NCBI GenBank assembly: GCA_041484665.1
Contig: JBGPIA010000007.1
Coordinates: 64,001 to 128,000, forward strand
Source of the DNA: Candidatus Krumholzibacteriia bacterium
GTDB taxonomy: Bacteria; Krumholzibacteriota; Krumholzibacteriia; JAJRXK01
Direction of reading: 5' to 3'
DNA: 64,000 nucleotides
Both the position numbers and the translations under genes were made by a program. The notes beneath the pieces are model-generated. The model saw nothing but the letters and a program-made list of their open reading frames with translations, was not told the DNA's origin and did no database searches. This document shows, one piece after another, positions 49,536-60,019 of the stretch (the first letter of the stretch is position 1; every line of letters begins with the position of its first letter).

Positions 49536-50143
49536 CGCCAGCCCCGCGCGCGCATGGCGGCATAGATGCGCTCGCCGCGCTCCGACGACCGCACGAACAG
49601 CTGCGCCGCCACCGAAGCCAACGACGTCCACGCCAGCCAGCGCCTGCGAACGAACGTGCGGCTGGCCCGCGCCCGCTTCAAGCGATCCGCCTCATCGAGC
49701 AGCACGCTGAGATACCGATACATGAGGGCGAGCACCGTTACCATCAGCGCCGGCACGCGAGCGCGCCGCATCAGCTGCAGGAGGTCGGAGAAGGGCGTGA
49801 CGGCGGAGAAGAGGACCATGGCGCAGAGGCAGAGCGTGCTCTTGGCCAGCACGGTGAGGAAGACGGCTGCGCCGTGGGGCTGCAGCACGCTCAGAGCGGC
49901 AACCCCCAGCGCGAATGGCTCGAGCAGGAGTACGCGCTTGCCCAGCTGCGCCGGCGGAATACGGCTGAGCGCAGCGGCCGCGAGCAGCACGAGCGCGACC
50001 GCAGCAAGCGGCCAGGCGCTTCCGACGGGGGTGAGCACGACTGCGAGAACCGCTGCCAGCGCCAGCAGCAGTTTGGCGCTCGCCTTTGTCCGATGCACCG
50101 GGCTCTGCAAGCGGCTGTAGCGACCGAGGAGCTCGAGGCGCAC
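49532..50143 (-). CDS. cbiQ: ECF transporter T component (CbiQ/NikQ)
   Basis: MYRYL, RARASR, AMRARG coupling motifs. Confidence 0.88.
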   Translation of the reverse strand: MRLELLGRYSRLQSPVHRTKASAKLLLALAAVLAVVLTPVGSAWPLAAVALVLLAAAALSRIPPAQLGKRVLLLEPFALGVAALSVLQPHGAAVFLTVLAKSTLCLCAMVLFSAVTPFSDLLQLMRRARVPALMVTVLALMYRYLSVLLDEADRLKRARASRTFVRRRWLAWTSLASVAAQLFVRSSERGERIYAAMRARGWR

Positions 50144-50156
50144 GACGAGGGCGAAC

Positions 50157-51116
50157 TCACGCCTGCGGCAGCGGAGGCTTGCGGCTCTTTGCTACGGGCA
50201 CGATCGCGCGGGCCAACAAGAACGCCAGCCCGAAAGCCACCGCGGTGCCGATGGCGCCGGCCAGCGCAGTTGCCGCCGCCGCCGACCCGATTCCCGCCAG
50301 CCGGTAGCCCGCCCACGGCGACGGCACCAGCGACCGGACCGCCGCCTGGTGCCCGAATCCAAGGGCCGCGGCCACCTTCTCCAACCCGTCGGGCCACGGC
50401 GACGCGAAGGGCGCGACGAACAGGGCGAGCACGGCCGCCACGACGAGGCCGTACACGAGCACCTCGCCTAAACCCGTGCGCGCGGACTCGTTGTGATCGA
50501 TCAGCTCCGGTCGCGTGCGCCGGATAGCGGCGAGCACGAGCGCGGTGATCAGGCCCTCGCCCAGGCCGATCAGCATGTGCACGTTCGCCATGGCTGGAAA
50601 GCCGGCCGACCAGGACACGGTGCCTGACCAGGCGAGCTCTCCGGCGCAGCAGATCGAGGCCAGCACGGTGGAGCACCACGCAGCGAAGGCCACCGCCAGG
50701 AACCACCCGCGCTCCCCGGGGAACAGCCTGCGCACGGCGCGATGGATCGCGTAGCCGGAGAGCGCCGCCACCAGCGCCATGTTCAGCACGTTGGCTCCCA
50801 GCGCGAGCACGCCTCCGTCGGCGAAGAGCAGACATTGCACGATGAGCACGGACGTCAGGACGACGACCGCCGCGCTCGGGCCCAGGAGCACCCCGACCAG
50901 CACCGCGCCCATCAGGTGCCCCGACGTGCCTCCCGCCACCGGGAAGTTGAGCATTTGCGCGGCGAACACGAACGCGGCCGTCAGCCCCATGAGCGGCACG
51001 TTGCGGGGCGGCACGTGGCGGCGGGCCTGCCGCAGCGCAAACCCGACCCCGGCCAAGGACAGCCCGGCGGTCGCCGCGGCGGTGCGCGCATCCAGGAATC
51101 CATCGGGGATGTGCAT
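50157..51116 (-). CDS. cbiM: ECF Ni/Co substrate component CbiM/NikM fused to PDGLE (NikN-like) domain
   Basis: N-terminal MHIPDGFL, GTSGH, FADGG, C-terminal SPWPDGLE. Confidence 0.9.
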   Translation of the reverse strand: MHIPDGFLDARTAAATAGLSLAGVGFALRQARRHVPPRNVPLMGLTAAFVFAAQMLNFPVAGGTSGHLMGAVLVGVLLGPSAAVVVLTSVLIVQCLLFADGGVLALGANVLNMALVAALSGYAIHRAVRRLFPGERGWFLAVAFAAWCSTVLASICCAGELAWSGTVSWSAGFPAMANVHMLIGLGEGLITALVLAAIRRTRPELIDHNESARTGLGEVLVYGLVVAAVLALFVAPFASPWPDGLEKVAAALGFGHQAAVRSLVPSPWAGYRLAGIGSAAAATALAGAIGTAVAFGLAFLLARAIVPVAKSRKPPLPQA

Positions 51117-51332
51117 CGCTTGAACGCCGTCCTGAGTTCGGGGTGCGCCGCGCGGCTGCCAGGATACACCCGCCGCATGGCGGGCGCCGCTCAAGTGCCG
51201 AGCCTGGCCGCGCTCGCCGCCCAGGCGGCCGGACTGCCACCAGCGGCGCTTGGGGCCCGGGCTGCAGCATGCGCGCAGCGAGGGCGGGGCTGGCGATCGC
51301 ACCGCCGTCACGTCGCGTGCGACGCAGCGGAC

Positions 51333-51929
51333 CTACTGCCCTAAGTAGTGCCCCTTCAGCGACCCCCAGCTTGCCTGCCCCGTGGGTACGGGTGGCTCGA
51401 GGTGAGCGGGGTTGACGACCGCGCAGCCTCGATACGCCGCACCAAAGGGCCGCAGGTCATCCACGTGCTGGCAGGTCACGTAACCCGGGCTGGGCGGGCT
51501 GAAGCTCGACGGCGATGAGGGCCCCAGGCAGATCGTGAGGTCATGCGTGGCCGCCAACATCAGGACGGAGTAGTCGACGAGAACGGCCTGACCGCTCGTC
51601 GCGACGCACGATCCAGTGCCGACGATCCAGTTGTCGTCACCTTGGCCCAGATCGACCGAGCGCCCCGGTGGGAGCGCTCGGGACGGGACGATCATCTGCC
51701 CCGGGAAGAAGAGCCGGCACTCCCACCCGAGCAGACCTCCCGGGGGCGCGGTTGCGACCAGATAGAGATGGAAGCCCATGAACGCCAGGGCGGTCATGGA
51801 GGTCTGCGTCGCGGCGCGGTCGAAGAAGACTCCCAGGTCGCCCGGCTGGGGCTGGCCGTGCGCGCACGTCGCGGCGACCAGCACGCACGCGAGCGTGAGC
51901 AGAATCGAGATGCCACTGCGGTGATCCAT
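51333..51929 (-). CDS. Exported hypothetical protein with C-terminal SWGxxKxxY tail
   Basis: Signal peptide; ends PTGQASWGSLKGHYLGQ; GGAGG RBS. Confidence 0.75.
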   Translation of the reverse strand: MDHRSGISILLTLACVLVAATCAHGQPQPGDLGVFFDRAATQTSMTALAFMGFHLYLVATAPPGGLLGWECRLFFPGQMIVPSRALPPGRSVDLGQGDDNWIVGTGSCVATSGQAVLVDYSVLMLAATHDLTICLGPSSPSSFSPPSPGYVTCQHVDDLRPFGAAYRGCAVVNPAHLEPPVPTGQASWGSLKGHYLGQ

Positions 51930-51979
51930 GATTCCTCCCGTATGCCGCTGAAGGAGCGAGCCTCCGCATCTCGCGGCCA

Positions 51980-52582
51980 TCATGGACAGTGGGATGCCAG
52001 CGTCACGCTGGGCGTGATCAGTCCGACGTCGACCAGGGTTATCTGGCCATCGTGATCGAAGTCGGATCGGAAGTTGTAGGTCTGCAGGTCCTGGGCAAAC
52101 ACCGCGACGTCTCCCAGATCGACCTTGCCGTTTGCCGTGATGTCTGTGCTGTTCACCTGGATGGGAAGCGGCGGTCCAACGAGCGCCATGCCGTGGACCA
52201 TGACCTGCAGCCCGCTGCGGGTTGCCCCGCCTCCCATGAGGGAGTTGCCGATGGTAGTGGTTCCGCTGGCGTCGGTGTTGTGATCGGCGACGGTGAGCGC
52301 GCCGCTGCAGATGCGAAGCTCGCCCGCAACCGCCGGCACCAACCAGATCTCCGAGGCCGGATAATTCGGGATGGGCGCCCCCGCGCCGTCACGCACGACC
52401 ACGGTCACCCGCGCGCCGATGGACGCGAGCGACTGGCCCGTGCCGGCAGGCGTGATGTAGATCGCGCCTCCGGCTGTCGTGGCGCTGCATTGTGCCGGAT
52501 CGGGAGACTGGCCGTGGGCGAGCGGCGTTGCCGCGCTGACCAACGTAACCGACGCGAGCACGGCGGCGAGCGGTCGGAACAT
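51980..52582 (-). CDS. Exported protein with C-terminal dockerin/EF-hand-like repeats
   Basis: Signal peptide; DITANGKVDLGDV and DFDHDGQITLVDV; GGAGG RBS. Confidence 0.75.
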   Translation of the reverse strand: MFRPLAAVLASVTLVSAATPLAHGQSPDPAQCSATTAGGAIYITPAGTGQSLASIGARVTVVVRDGAGAPIPNYPASEIWLVPAVAGELRICSGALTVADHNTDASGTTTIGNSLMGGGATRSGLQVMVHGMALVGPPLPIQVNSTDITANGKVDLGDVAVFAQDLQTYNFRSDFDHDGQITLVDVGLITPSVTLASHCP

Positions 52583-53045
52583 GATGACACCTCCAAACAG
52601 AGGGAGGGCGCTGGATTGAAGGCCGCCAGCGGACCCGCCTGGGCACCGGTCGTCACCGGTGCCCGACTCGGAAGGTAGGATCCGGCTCAGCGCAGAGCAA
52701 GCTCCCAAGCCCCTGGTACAAAGCGGGATGTTGCGGGGGCGTGGGCGTGAGTGACGGCGGTCTCGCAGCGTGACTCGCCCGCGCTCGCACGCCGCAGGGG
52801 CCTGCCAGGATTGCCGAGAAGGTGGGGGCTGTTCGCCAGATTGGCGAAGGCATGTCACAAAATCGGTACGGAACACTTGCTGGTCAGCGCGATGCCAAGA
52901 CAGCGGAAAGCAACAAGTCCGCGGCGATCATACAGTTCAACACCTCGTGCGAACCCGGCGCTCTGGACCCGCGGTCCGCACGCCGGCGCGGCCCGGCGAC
53001 CTCGCCTCCGGTCCCCAGCCACACGCCCCGCGCCCGATCCGGCGC

Positions 53046-55739
53046 CTATTTCACGAGCGTCAGCCCCCGCGTCAGCGTCTCGCCCGCGGCGCGTACGCGC
53101 GCCACGTATGGCCCAGAGGCCACGCCCAGCCCCTTGTCATCCTGACCATCCCAGACCACCGCCTGCTCGCCCGGCTGCAGCCACGCGTCGCGAAGCAGCG
53201 CGCGCACGCGCCGCCCGCGCAGATCGAAGACGTCGAGGCTGACGGCAGCGGGCGCGCCCAGCGTGAAGTGGAGCGTTGTGCGCGGGTTGAATGGGTTGGG
53301 GGCATTGCCGAGCGCCGCGAGCACGCGCCGCGGCGGCGGGTCGAGCGCCACGCCCACCGGAGCGTCCGGCAGCGGCCGTTCGTACACGCCATTGCCGTGC
53401 GTGGCCACGCGCAGCCGGCGCTGCGCCGGCGCAATGCTGAGGTCCATGACGATCACGGCGTCGGGGAGCCCATCGCGCAATTCCTGCCAGGTCGCGCCCG
53501 TGTCGAACGACACGTACACGCCCAGGTCGTTGCCCGCGAGGACGTGATTGGTGTGGAGCGGGTCCACGATCACCGCGGAAGTGGGCACGTCGGGCAGCGT
53601 TGCTCCGATATCCTGCCAGCTCACGCCCGAGTCGGGCGTCCGGAACAGATGGGATGTGCCGAAGCCGGAGAGCGCCACGTACGCGATCTGGTGGTCGGCC
53701 GGGTCCAGTGCGATGTCCATGGGATAGCGGTTGGGTAGCGTGCCCGTGATGTTGGTCCAGCTTGCCCCACCGTTGGCGGAACGGTAGAGGCAACGGCCAC
53801 TGGGATCGGGCACGGTGCCCGCGTAGAGCACCAGTGGATCGGTGGCCGAGACCGCCAGCGCGAGGATCATGTTGCCGTTGATGGGACCGCCTGCGCTCCA
53901 GTTCGTCCCTTGATTGAACGAGCGGTAGACCAGATTGCGCGCGGCGTAGATCGTGCCGGGACTGCTGGGCGCCAGCAGGTAGGGCGCCACGAACGCCGTG
54001 AAGGTCGCGCTTCCGGGCGGCGTGACGTCCTGCCAGTTGGCTCCGCCGTCGTACGAGCGCAGCAGGTTCAGGTACTGCCAGGATCCGTAGATCGTCTGCG
54101 GGTTCGTGCGATCGATCGCCGCCCAACCGCCGTCGCCGCCGATCTGCCGGTTCCACGCCGGGGTGCCCTGGAAGATCGCCGTGTAGTTGTCCTGCAGGCC
54201 ACCCAGCGCCGGCACGGTGTCGGTGGCCGCGGAGGCGAAGCCATTGTAGAACTGCCCGGTCTGGTACCCGCCGTTGCAGCCCTGGAACGTCGAGCCGCCG
54301 TCGATCGTCCGGAACACCCCGCCGTCGGTGCCGAAGTACGCAACGCTGCGATTCGAAGGATGGAACACGACGCAGTGGTGGTCGGCATGGGAGTAGTTGG
54401 GAGCGCCCTCGGGTCCGCCGATGGGGACCGGTCCGAAGTCGGACTGCCTCCAGTCGGAGGCCTGCACGAGCGCCGGCGGGGTGGGCCCCGTCTTCCAGAT
54501 GTCCACGCCGACCGTATAAACCCGATTGGGGTCGGCGGGATCGACGGCGATGTCATGGGCGAACCACCCCTGGTAGTTGGCGTAGTCGATCGTCGAGATG
54601 ACCGCCCACGTCTCGCCGGCATTGGTGGAGCGGGCCAGCCAGGTCCCTGCTCCGTCGGTGCTGCCATTGCCGATGCTCGCGTATACGGTGTTCGGGCTGG
54701 AAGGCGCGCTGGCCAGCTCCGCCTTGCCGCCATAGTTGAACGGCAGCCCGGAGGTCTGATGGGTCCAGGTCTGGCCGCCGTTGAGTGTGCGGTAGATGCC
54801 GAATCCGATGGTCGTGAAGTTGCCGCAGGCGACCAGCACCGTGTCCGGGCGCGCCGGGTGGACCTCGAGATCGGTCGCCATGACGACGTTCAGCGAAGGC
54901 GTCCAGCTGACCCCCGCGTTCTGGGACAGAAAGACGCCCTCGGTGGTGGCCGCCCACACGCGCGACGGCGTGCCGGGGTCGATGCGCACGGTCCACACTC
55001 CGCGCCGCTGCGCTTGGCTCCAGTCCAGGCTCTTGGTCCAGGTCTTGCCGCCATCCGTCGTCTTGAGGATCCCGATCCCGTAGCTACCGCGCGTGGTGCG
55101 CTCGGCCACGCCCCCGAGGGTGTTCTGGTAGGCGTAGACCTCGCCGGTGCCGATGTAGATGAGGTCGGAGTCGGTGGAAGCGATGGCGATCGTGCTGACG
55201 GCCAGCACGGGAAACCCCGTGGGCACGTACGCCCACGCCTGCGCGCCCACGCCGCCCGTACGACTACGCCACAGTCCGCCGCCCGCAGACCCGGCGTAGA
55301 CCGTGCTCGCGTTCTGTGGGTTGAACGCCACCACCAGTGTGCGGCCGCCGATGTTGCGCGGCCCCAGCGCGCGCCACGCACCGGCGAGCTTGCCTTGCGC
55401 CCCCTCGGGTGCCGCGAGCACGGCGCGCGAGTAGGCGAAGCCGTCGGCGTGGCCGCGGTCGGGGATCACCCTGGCTGGGTAGGCGCGCGGCTGCGTCCAG
55501 AAGTCCAGCGCGTCCATCGCGCCGGAAGTCTCGGGGGGCTCGCGGCGCAGAAGGCGCTCGCGATCGAGCGAGTCCCCGCGTTTGGGCGAGTGCCCACGAT
55601 CGAGCGGGTGCCCGCGATGGCGAGCAACAGCGCGATCGCGCTCGAGGACTTGCGGGCGCGAGAGGAGGAAGGCCAGGCCAGCGGCAACGACGCAAACACT
55701 GCCGAGGATAGCGGCGACGCGCGCGGTCCCACGCAGCAT
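53046..55739 (-). CDS. Exported BNR-repeat beta-propeller protein with C-terminal FlgD-Ig-like domain
   Basis: WRALGP.NIGGR, Asp-boxes, HADHH, GGLQDN, ATHGNG, PNPFNPRT...WDGQD...SGPY. Confidence 0.88.
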   Translation of the reverse strand: MLRGTARVAAILGSVCVVAAGLAFLLSRPQVLERDRAVARHRGHPLDRGHSPKRGDSLDRERLLRREPPETSGAMDALDFWTQPRAYPARVIPDRGHADGFAYSRAVLAAPEGAQGKLAGAWRALGPRNIGGRTLVVAFNPQNASTVYAGSAGGGLWRSRTGGVGAQAWAYVPTGFPVLAVSTIAIASTDSDLIYIGTGEVYAYQNTLGGVAERTTRGSYGIGILKTTDGGKTWTKSLDWSQAQRRGVWTVRIDPGTPSRVWAATTEGVFLSQNAGVSWTPSLNVVMATDLEVHPARPDTVLVACGNFTTIGFGIYRTLNGGQTWTHQTSGLPFNYGGKAELASAPSSPNTVYASIGNGSTDGAGTWLARSTNAGETWAVISTIDYANYQGWFAHDIAVDPADPNRVYTVGVDIWKTGPTPPALVQASDWRQSDFGPVPIGGPEGAPNYSHADHHCVVFHPSNRSVAYFGTDGGVFRTIDGGSTFQGCNGGYQTGQFYNGFASAATDTVPALGGLQDNYTAIFQGTPAWNRQIGGDGGWAAIDRTNPQTIYGSWQYLNLLRSYDGGANWQDVTPPGSATFTAFVAPYLLAPSSPGTIYAARNLVYRSFNQGTNWSAGGPINGNMILALAVSATDPLVLYAGTVPDPSGRCLYRSANGGASWTNITGTLPNRYPMDIALDPADHQIAYVALSGFGTSHLFRTPDSGVSWQDIGATLPDVPTSAVIVDPLHTNHVLAGNDLGVYVSFDTGATWQELRDGLPDAVIVMDLSIAPAQRRLRVATHGNGVYERPLPDAPVGVALDPPPRRVLAALGNAPNPFNPRTTLHFTLGAPAAVSLDVFDLRGRRVRALLRDAWLQPGEQAVVWDGQDDKGLGVASGPYVARVRAAGETLTRGLTLVK

Positions 55740-55936
55740 GTTGTTCCTCCAGCTCTTGGGGATCTGGGCGCGGTGGGATCGCCCCTGCATTCCCAAGGAT
55801 ACGGCGGCGGGCCGGGGCGAGGAAAGCCCAGCGCGCCGGGACTCCGGTGCGCCGGGTCACCGGATCGGTTACCTTCTCCCTCTTTCCGCATCGTCTGGCG
55901 CAGGCGCCGTGCCCGCGTGCCCCCGGAAGTCTCCCC

Positions 55937-57220
55937 ATGCTGCGTTCCTACCTGAGCCTCCCCCGGTCGGTCCACGTGCTCTGCGTGGGCACGCTGATCA
56001 ACCGGGCCGGCACGCTGCTCATGCTGTTCCTCGCGCTCTACCTGCAGAGCGAGCTGGATCTGAGCATTGAGACGATCACGCGCATCATGGGCACGTTCGG
56101 GCTGGGCGCCATCGGCGCGGCCCTGGTGGGAGGCCACCTCGCCGACGTGATGGGCCGCAAGCGGGTGATGGTGGGCAGCCTGGCGGGAGCCGCAGTCGTG
56201 CTGGGGTGCTTCCCATTGCTGCGCTCGCCCGTCGCTGTGGTCGGCGGCCTGCTGCTGCTGGCGTTCATCGGGGAGATGTACCGCCCCGCGACGCAGGCCA
56301 TGATCGCCGATCTGGTGGAGCCGCAGATCCGCCCACGTGCCTTCACGCTCCTCTACGTGTCGGTGAACCTGGGCTTCGGCATCGCGCCGCTCGTGGGCGG
56401 GCTGATTGCGAAGGTCGGCTTCCGATGGCTGTGCTGGGTCGACGGGCTGACGTCGGGTGTCTACGCGTTGATCGTCTTGCTGCTCATCCACGAGACCCAG
56501 CGGGCGCCGGTTCCGCTCGCGAATGAGCGCGTGGCAGCCGGTGCGCAGGAGCACCAAGCGCTCAGGCCGGCGGCGGATGCGGCGGCAACCGTGACGGCCC
56601 GCGCGGCGGCGCGACACATCCTGCACGACGGAACGATGCTCGCCTTCGCCGGAAGCACGTTCCTGATGGCGATGTGCTTCATGCAGTCGTTCTCGACGTT
56701 TCCGTTGTTCCTGCGGCAGCGGGGGATCGACGCCGCGGGCTTCGGGAGAATCCTCTCACTGAACGGCTTCATGATCACGTTCCTCCAACTGCCCCTGACG
56801 CACCTCCTGGAGCGGCGCCGGCGCGACCTCGTCGCGGTGGCAGGTATGTTGCTCATCGGCGCCGGATTCGGACTGAACGCCGTGGCGCACGGTGCGCGGC
56901 AATTCGCGGGCGCGGTCGCGGTGTGGACGTTTGGTGAGATGCTGCACGCGTCGGTGGCCCCGACCATCGTGTCCGAGCTGTCACCTCCGTCCCTGCGCGG
57001 GCGCTACATGGGCGTGTTCGGGATGTGCTTCTCGATCGCGAACATGCTGGCCGCCCCACTGGGCGGCATCATCCTGGCGCGTCACGGCGGCAAAGGCCTC
57101 TGGGGCGCAATGTTCGGACTGGCAGTGGGTGGCGCTCTGCTGTGCGCGCTGGCCGGACCCGGGATCGTGAGGCGGGCGAGCCGTAGGGAACGGCCCGCGC
57201 CGGCAGCCGCAGCAGCCTAG
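55937..57220 (+). CDS. MFS transporter
   Basis: GHLADVMGRKRV motif A, about 12 TM, LRGRYMG. Confidence 0.92.
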   Translation: MLRSYLSLPRSVHVLCVGTLINRAGTLLMLFLALYLQSELDLSIETITRIMGTFGLGAIGAALVGGHLADVMGRKRVMVGSLAGAAVVLGCFPLLRSPVAVVGGLLLLAFIGEMYRPATQAMIADLVEPQIRPRAFTLLYVSVNLGFGIAPLVGGLIAKVGFRWLCWVDGLTSGVYALIVLLLIHETQRAPVPLANERVAAGAQEHQALRPAADAAATVTARAAARHILHDGTMLAFAGSTFLMAMCFMQSFSTFPLFLRQRGIDAAGFGRILSLNGFMITFLQLPLTHLLERRRRDLVAVAGMLLIGAGFGLNAVAHGARQFAGAVAVWTFGEMLHASVAPTIVSELSPPSLRGRYMGVFGMCFSIANMLAAPLGGIILARHGGKGLWGAMFGLAVGGALLCALAGPGIVRRASRRERPAPAAAAA

Positions 57221-57257
57221 GGCCACGCGAGACGCAGGCCCCGTGCGTGGTGCCGCG

Positions 57258-58100
57258 CTATCCCTTGCGCCCCGGCCAGCTCAGCTTCACGAACAGGGTG
57301 GCGGTGGTGTCACCGCGCTTGAGGCCCGGCGTTCCGTTGTTGCCCACATAGCTCACGCCCACGCCCAGGCGTCCGCTCACCGGCTTCACAGTGGATAGTC
57401 CCCAGGCCAGCGAATCGCCGTCATGGACGTAGTGGCCACGCAGGTCCTTGAGGAACAAGACACCGACGTCGCCGTGCATGCCCCACACCTGCGGAGCCGG
57501 CAACCGCAGCGCGATGAACGGACCGCTCCCGGAGCGCGAGTTGAGCAGGATCCCCTCCAGCCCCAGTAGCATCGGCGCCGTGTTGGTGTCGGTCCACAGG
57601 CTCCCGTAGCCCACGCGCAGGTCGGAGCCACCCAGAGCCCAGATGAGCGACCCGCAGTTGCTGGCTCCACCCTGCTTCACCTGGGCCTCGTAGGTGTTGC
57701 CCATCTGCCGCTGGACCGGGGCGACGCGATGGCCGGAGACGTGATGGAACTCCGCTTGGAAGCCCAGCCCGGGCGGCGCCATGCGCAGCGCCATGTTGTA
57801 CTCCGTGCGCCCGGGCTGGACGATCAGGCTGAGTGGATCGTGGGGATCGCCGAAAACGGGGCTGTCGAAGCGCAGCTGGACAGCCAGGCCGATGGCGTCG
57901 ACCAGCGGCGCATGGGTCTGTACGCTCCAGAACGCGACCGGATCGTTGCGTTCCAGTTGCGAGCACGCGAGCTGGCCCCAGGTGGCGGAAACGCGCAAGG
58001 TCTGCTGCTCCCGCGCAGGCGCGCCCGCTGCGAAGCAGACGCGCGCCAGCAGCACCCACAGCAGAGCTACACTGATCGGAGCAAGGATTCGTCGCAGCAT
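57258..58100 (-). CDS. Exported hypothetical protein, possibly a small beta-barrel
   Basis: Signal peptide; alternating-pattern beta-strand segments. Confidence 0.65.
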   Translation of the reverse strand: MLRRILAPISVALLWVLLARVCFAAGAPAREQQTLRVSATWGQLACSQLERNDPVAFWSVQTHAPLVDAIGLAVQLRFDSPVFGDPHDPLSLIVQPGRTEYNMALRMAPPGLGFQAEFHHVSGHRVAPVQRQMGNTYEAQVKQGGASNCGSLIWALGGSDLRVGYGSLWTDTNTAPMLLGLEGILLNSRSGSGPFIALRLPAPQVWGMHGDVGVLFLKDLRGHYVHDGDSLAWGLSTVKPVSGRLGVGVSYVGNNGTPGLKRGDTTATLFVKLSWPGRKG

Positions 58101-58411
58101 GGAGCCAACGCGCGGAAGCGGACCGGGCTGCGTCCCACCACGAAGATTCTAGCACGCGGCAAGGGGCGCGATACGACGATGTGTATCGAATTGCGAGATG
58201 ATCGGGCTTCCACCAGCTGCAAGCGCGCACAGACTGCGCTGCCAGCAGCCACCGACGAGGAGCGAGCGGCCCTCACGCGTCCTTACGCACCCGCGCCGCA
58301 CCGCGGGAGTGCGCCAAGACCGCGCCGTGGGGCCGCTCGTAGCGCGACGCAACGATCGGGAGCGATGCGGTCGCGCACGACGCCGCGCACCAGCGCGCGC
58401 GGCCGCGCGTC

Positions 58412-59700
58412 CTACCGCACGAGAGCGAGCGGCGTGCTCTGCAGCTTTGACCCGCTGCGGACGATTGCCACGTACACTCCGGACGCGACACCGAGGCCAG
58501 CTTCGTCGCGGCCATCCCAGCGCACGCGGTTGAGACCCGCTACGGCGCGACCGCCAAAGAGACTGCGCACCCGCCGGCCGCGCGCGTCCACGATCAGCGC
58601 CTCGACCGCAGCCGCGTGGCGCAGTACGAAGCGGATCTCGGTGGATGGGTTGAAAGGGTTGGGCGCTCCGGGCAGCAACCGCAGATTCGCCGCGCTACGC
58701 GCCCCCAGCTCCGGCGGTCCCGCGGGCGTGCCGGAGACGTTCTGCGCGTGGTCGAACGGACCCAGGTCGGCTGCGGTGCCGTCGGGGTCGTGGGGCAGCG
58801 AGGGGTCGCCCGCGTCGATGGCGGGACTCCACGCCAAGAGCGTGAATCCGCCGTGGTCCGGATCGGCCAGCAGCGGATCGCCGTCGAGATTGCCATAGAC
58901 GCCGTCGCCGGGCGCGACATCGTTCGCCTGCGCGCCGGTCAGGTCGCTGCCGCCGACCAGGATCGCCGCCACGGCGTTCCCGTAGAACAGATTGAACGCA
59001 ACGACATACGGAAGCGTGCCCAGGGCGCAGATGCCGCGGCCGCACGCCCGGCGTGCCATTCTGGTAGAAGATGTTGTGGCGGATCGTGCGGGCGCTGCTC
59101 TCGTTGAAGAGCAGTCCGTTGCTCGTGCCACGCCCGATCAGGTTGTGCTCGACGATGCCGCCGCTGAACTCACCGAGCTGGACTCCGTGCGGGTCGACCC
59201 CATCGGTCGGATCGCTATCGAAGCTCTGCCAGGCCACGTTGTGATGGATTCAGGGCTGCGCCGTGCCGCCCACGTAGATCGCCGCTCCGCGCCGCCGCGC
59301 GGCGTTGGCCTGCAGCAGGTTGTGGTCGATCTGGAAGTCGCCCGCCAGCACGTTGATCCCGCCGCCGCGGTCGGCCGCGCCGTTGGTGATGCTGAACCCG
59401 CTCCCCCGCCCGCCAGAGGCTGTGTTGCACACCACCACCGAATTCGCGGCGTTGCCCTGGAGGATTGACAGTCCCATGCCGGCACCCAGCAGCGTCAGCC
59501 CACTCTTGTCCAGGGTCAGCGGGAGAGTCTCGCCGGTCTGCGGTCCGTACGTGCCGGGGCCGACCGCGATCGTGTCGCCCGGCGTCGCGGCGGCAATGGC
59601 CGCCGAGACGGTGCCGTGGTCGGCGGGAACGCGCCGGATCGCGGCCGACGCCGTCCCAAGCGTGAGCATGCAGGCGAGAGATGCGCCTGCGCGGACGAGC
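58412..59700 (-). pseudogene. Disrupted beta-helix (DUF1565-like) protein with FlgD-Ig-like tail
   Basis: RRVPADHGTVSAAI start; in-frame TGA at 59250-59252 (QP*IHHN); frameshift near 59040; tail PNPFNPST...WDGRD...SGVY; 5' end approximate. Confidence 0.8.
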
Positions 59701-60019
59701 GCACGGAGAACCGCGACGTGGCGCGCCCTTGGGCGGTGAACCGCGCCTAGGAGTGCCGCCGGGAATACCCCGAATCGGTGCAATCGAGCGTGGACCAGCA
59801 CGCGGTCTGCCTCCTGGGAGAGATGGGACACTGCCCACGGCCGGCCGAAGCGCGGCCCGGGCGCGGCAGAGGCCTCACACGGCCACCCCTGCGCCCCAGC
59901 CTGGGGGCTGTGCCATCCAAAACGATGGAATGTAGACGCTGGTTCCCGCGGCGGCCAGAACGCGCGCCGCGCTAGGGTCGGCGGATCGGGCGCGCAGTGG
60001 CGGGCACCCGGCTTGCGGA

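Noticed and set aside
59250..59252. Selenocysteine or UGA=Trp recoding
   Set aside because: The context is not a redox site, TGA ends many genes here, and a second lesion (frameshift) follows
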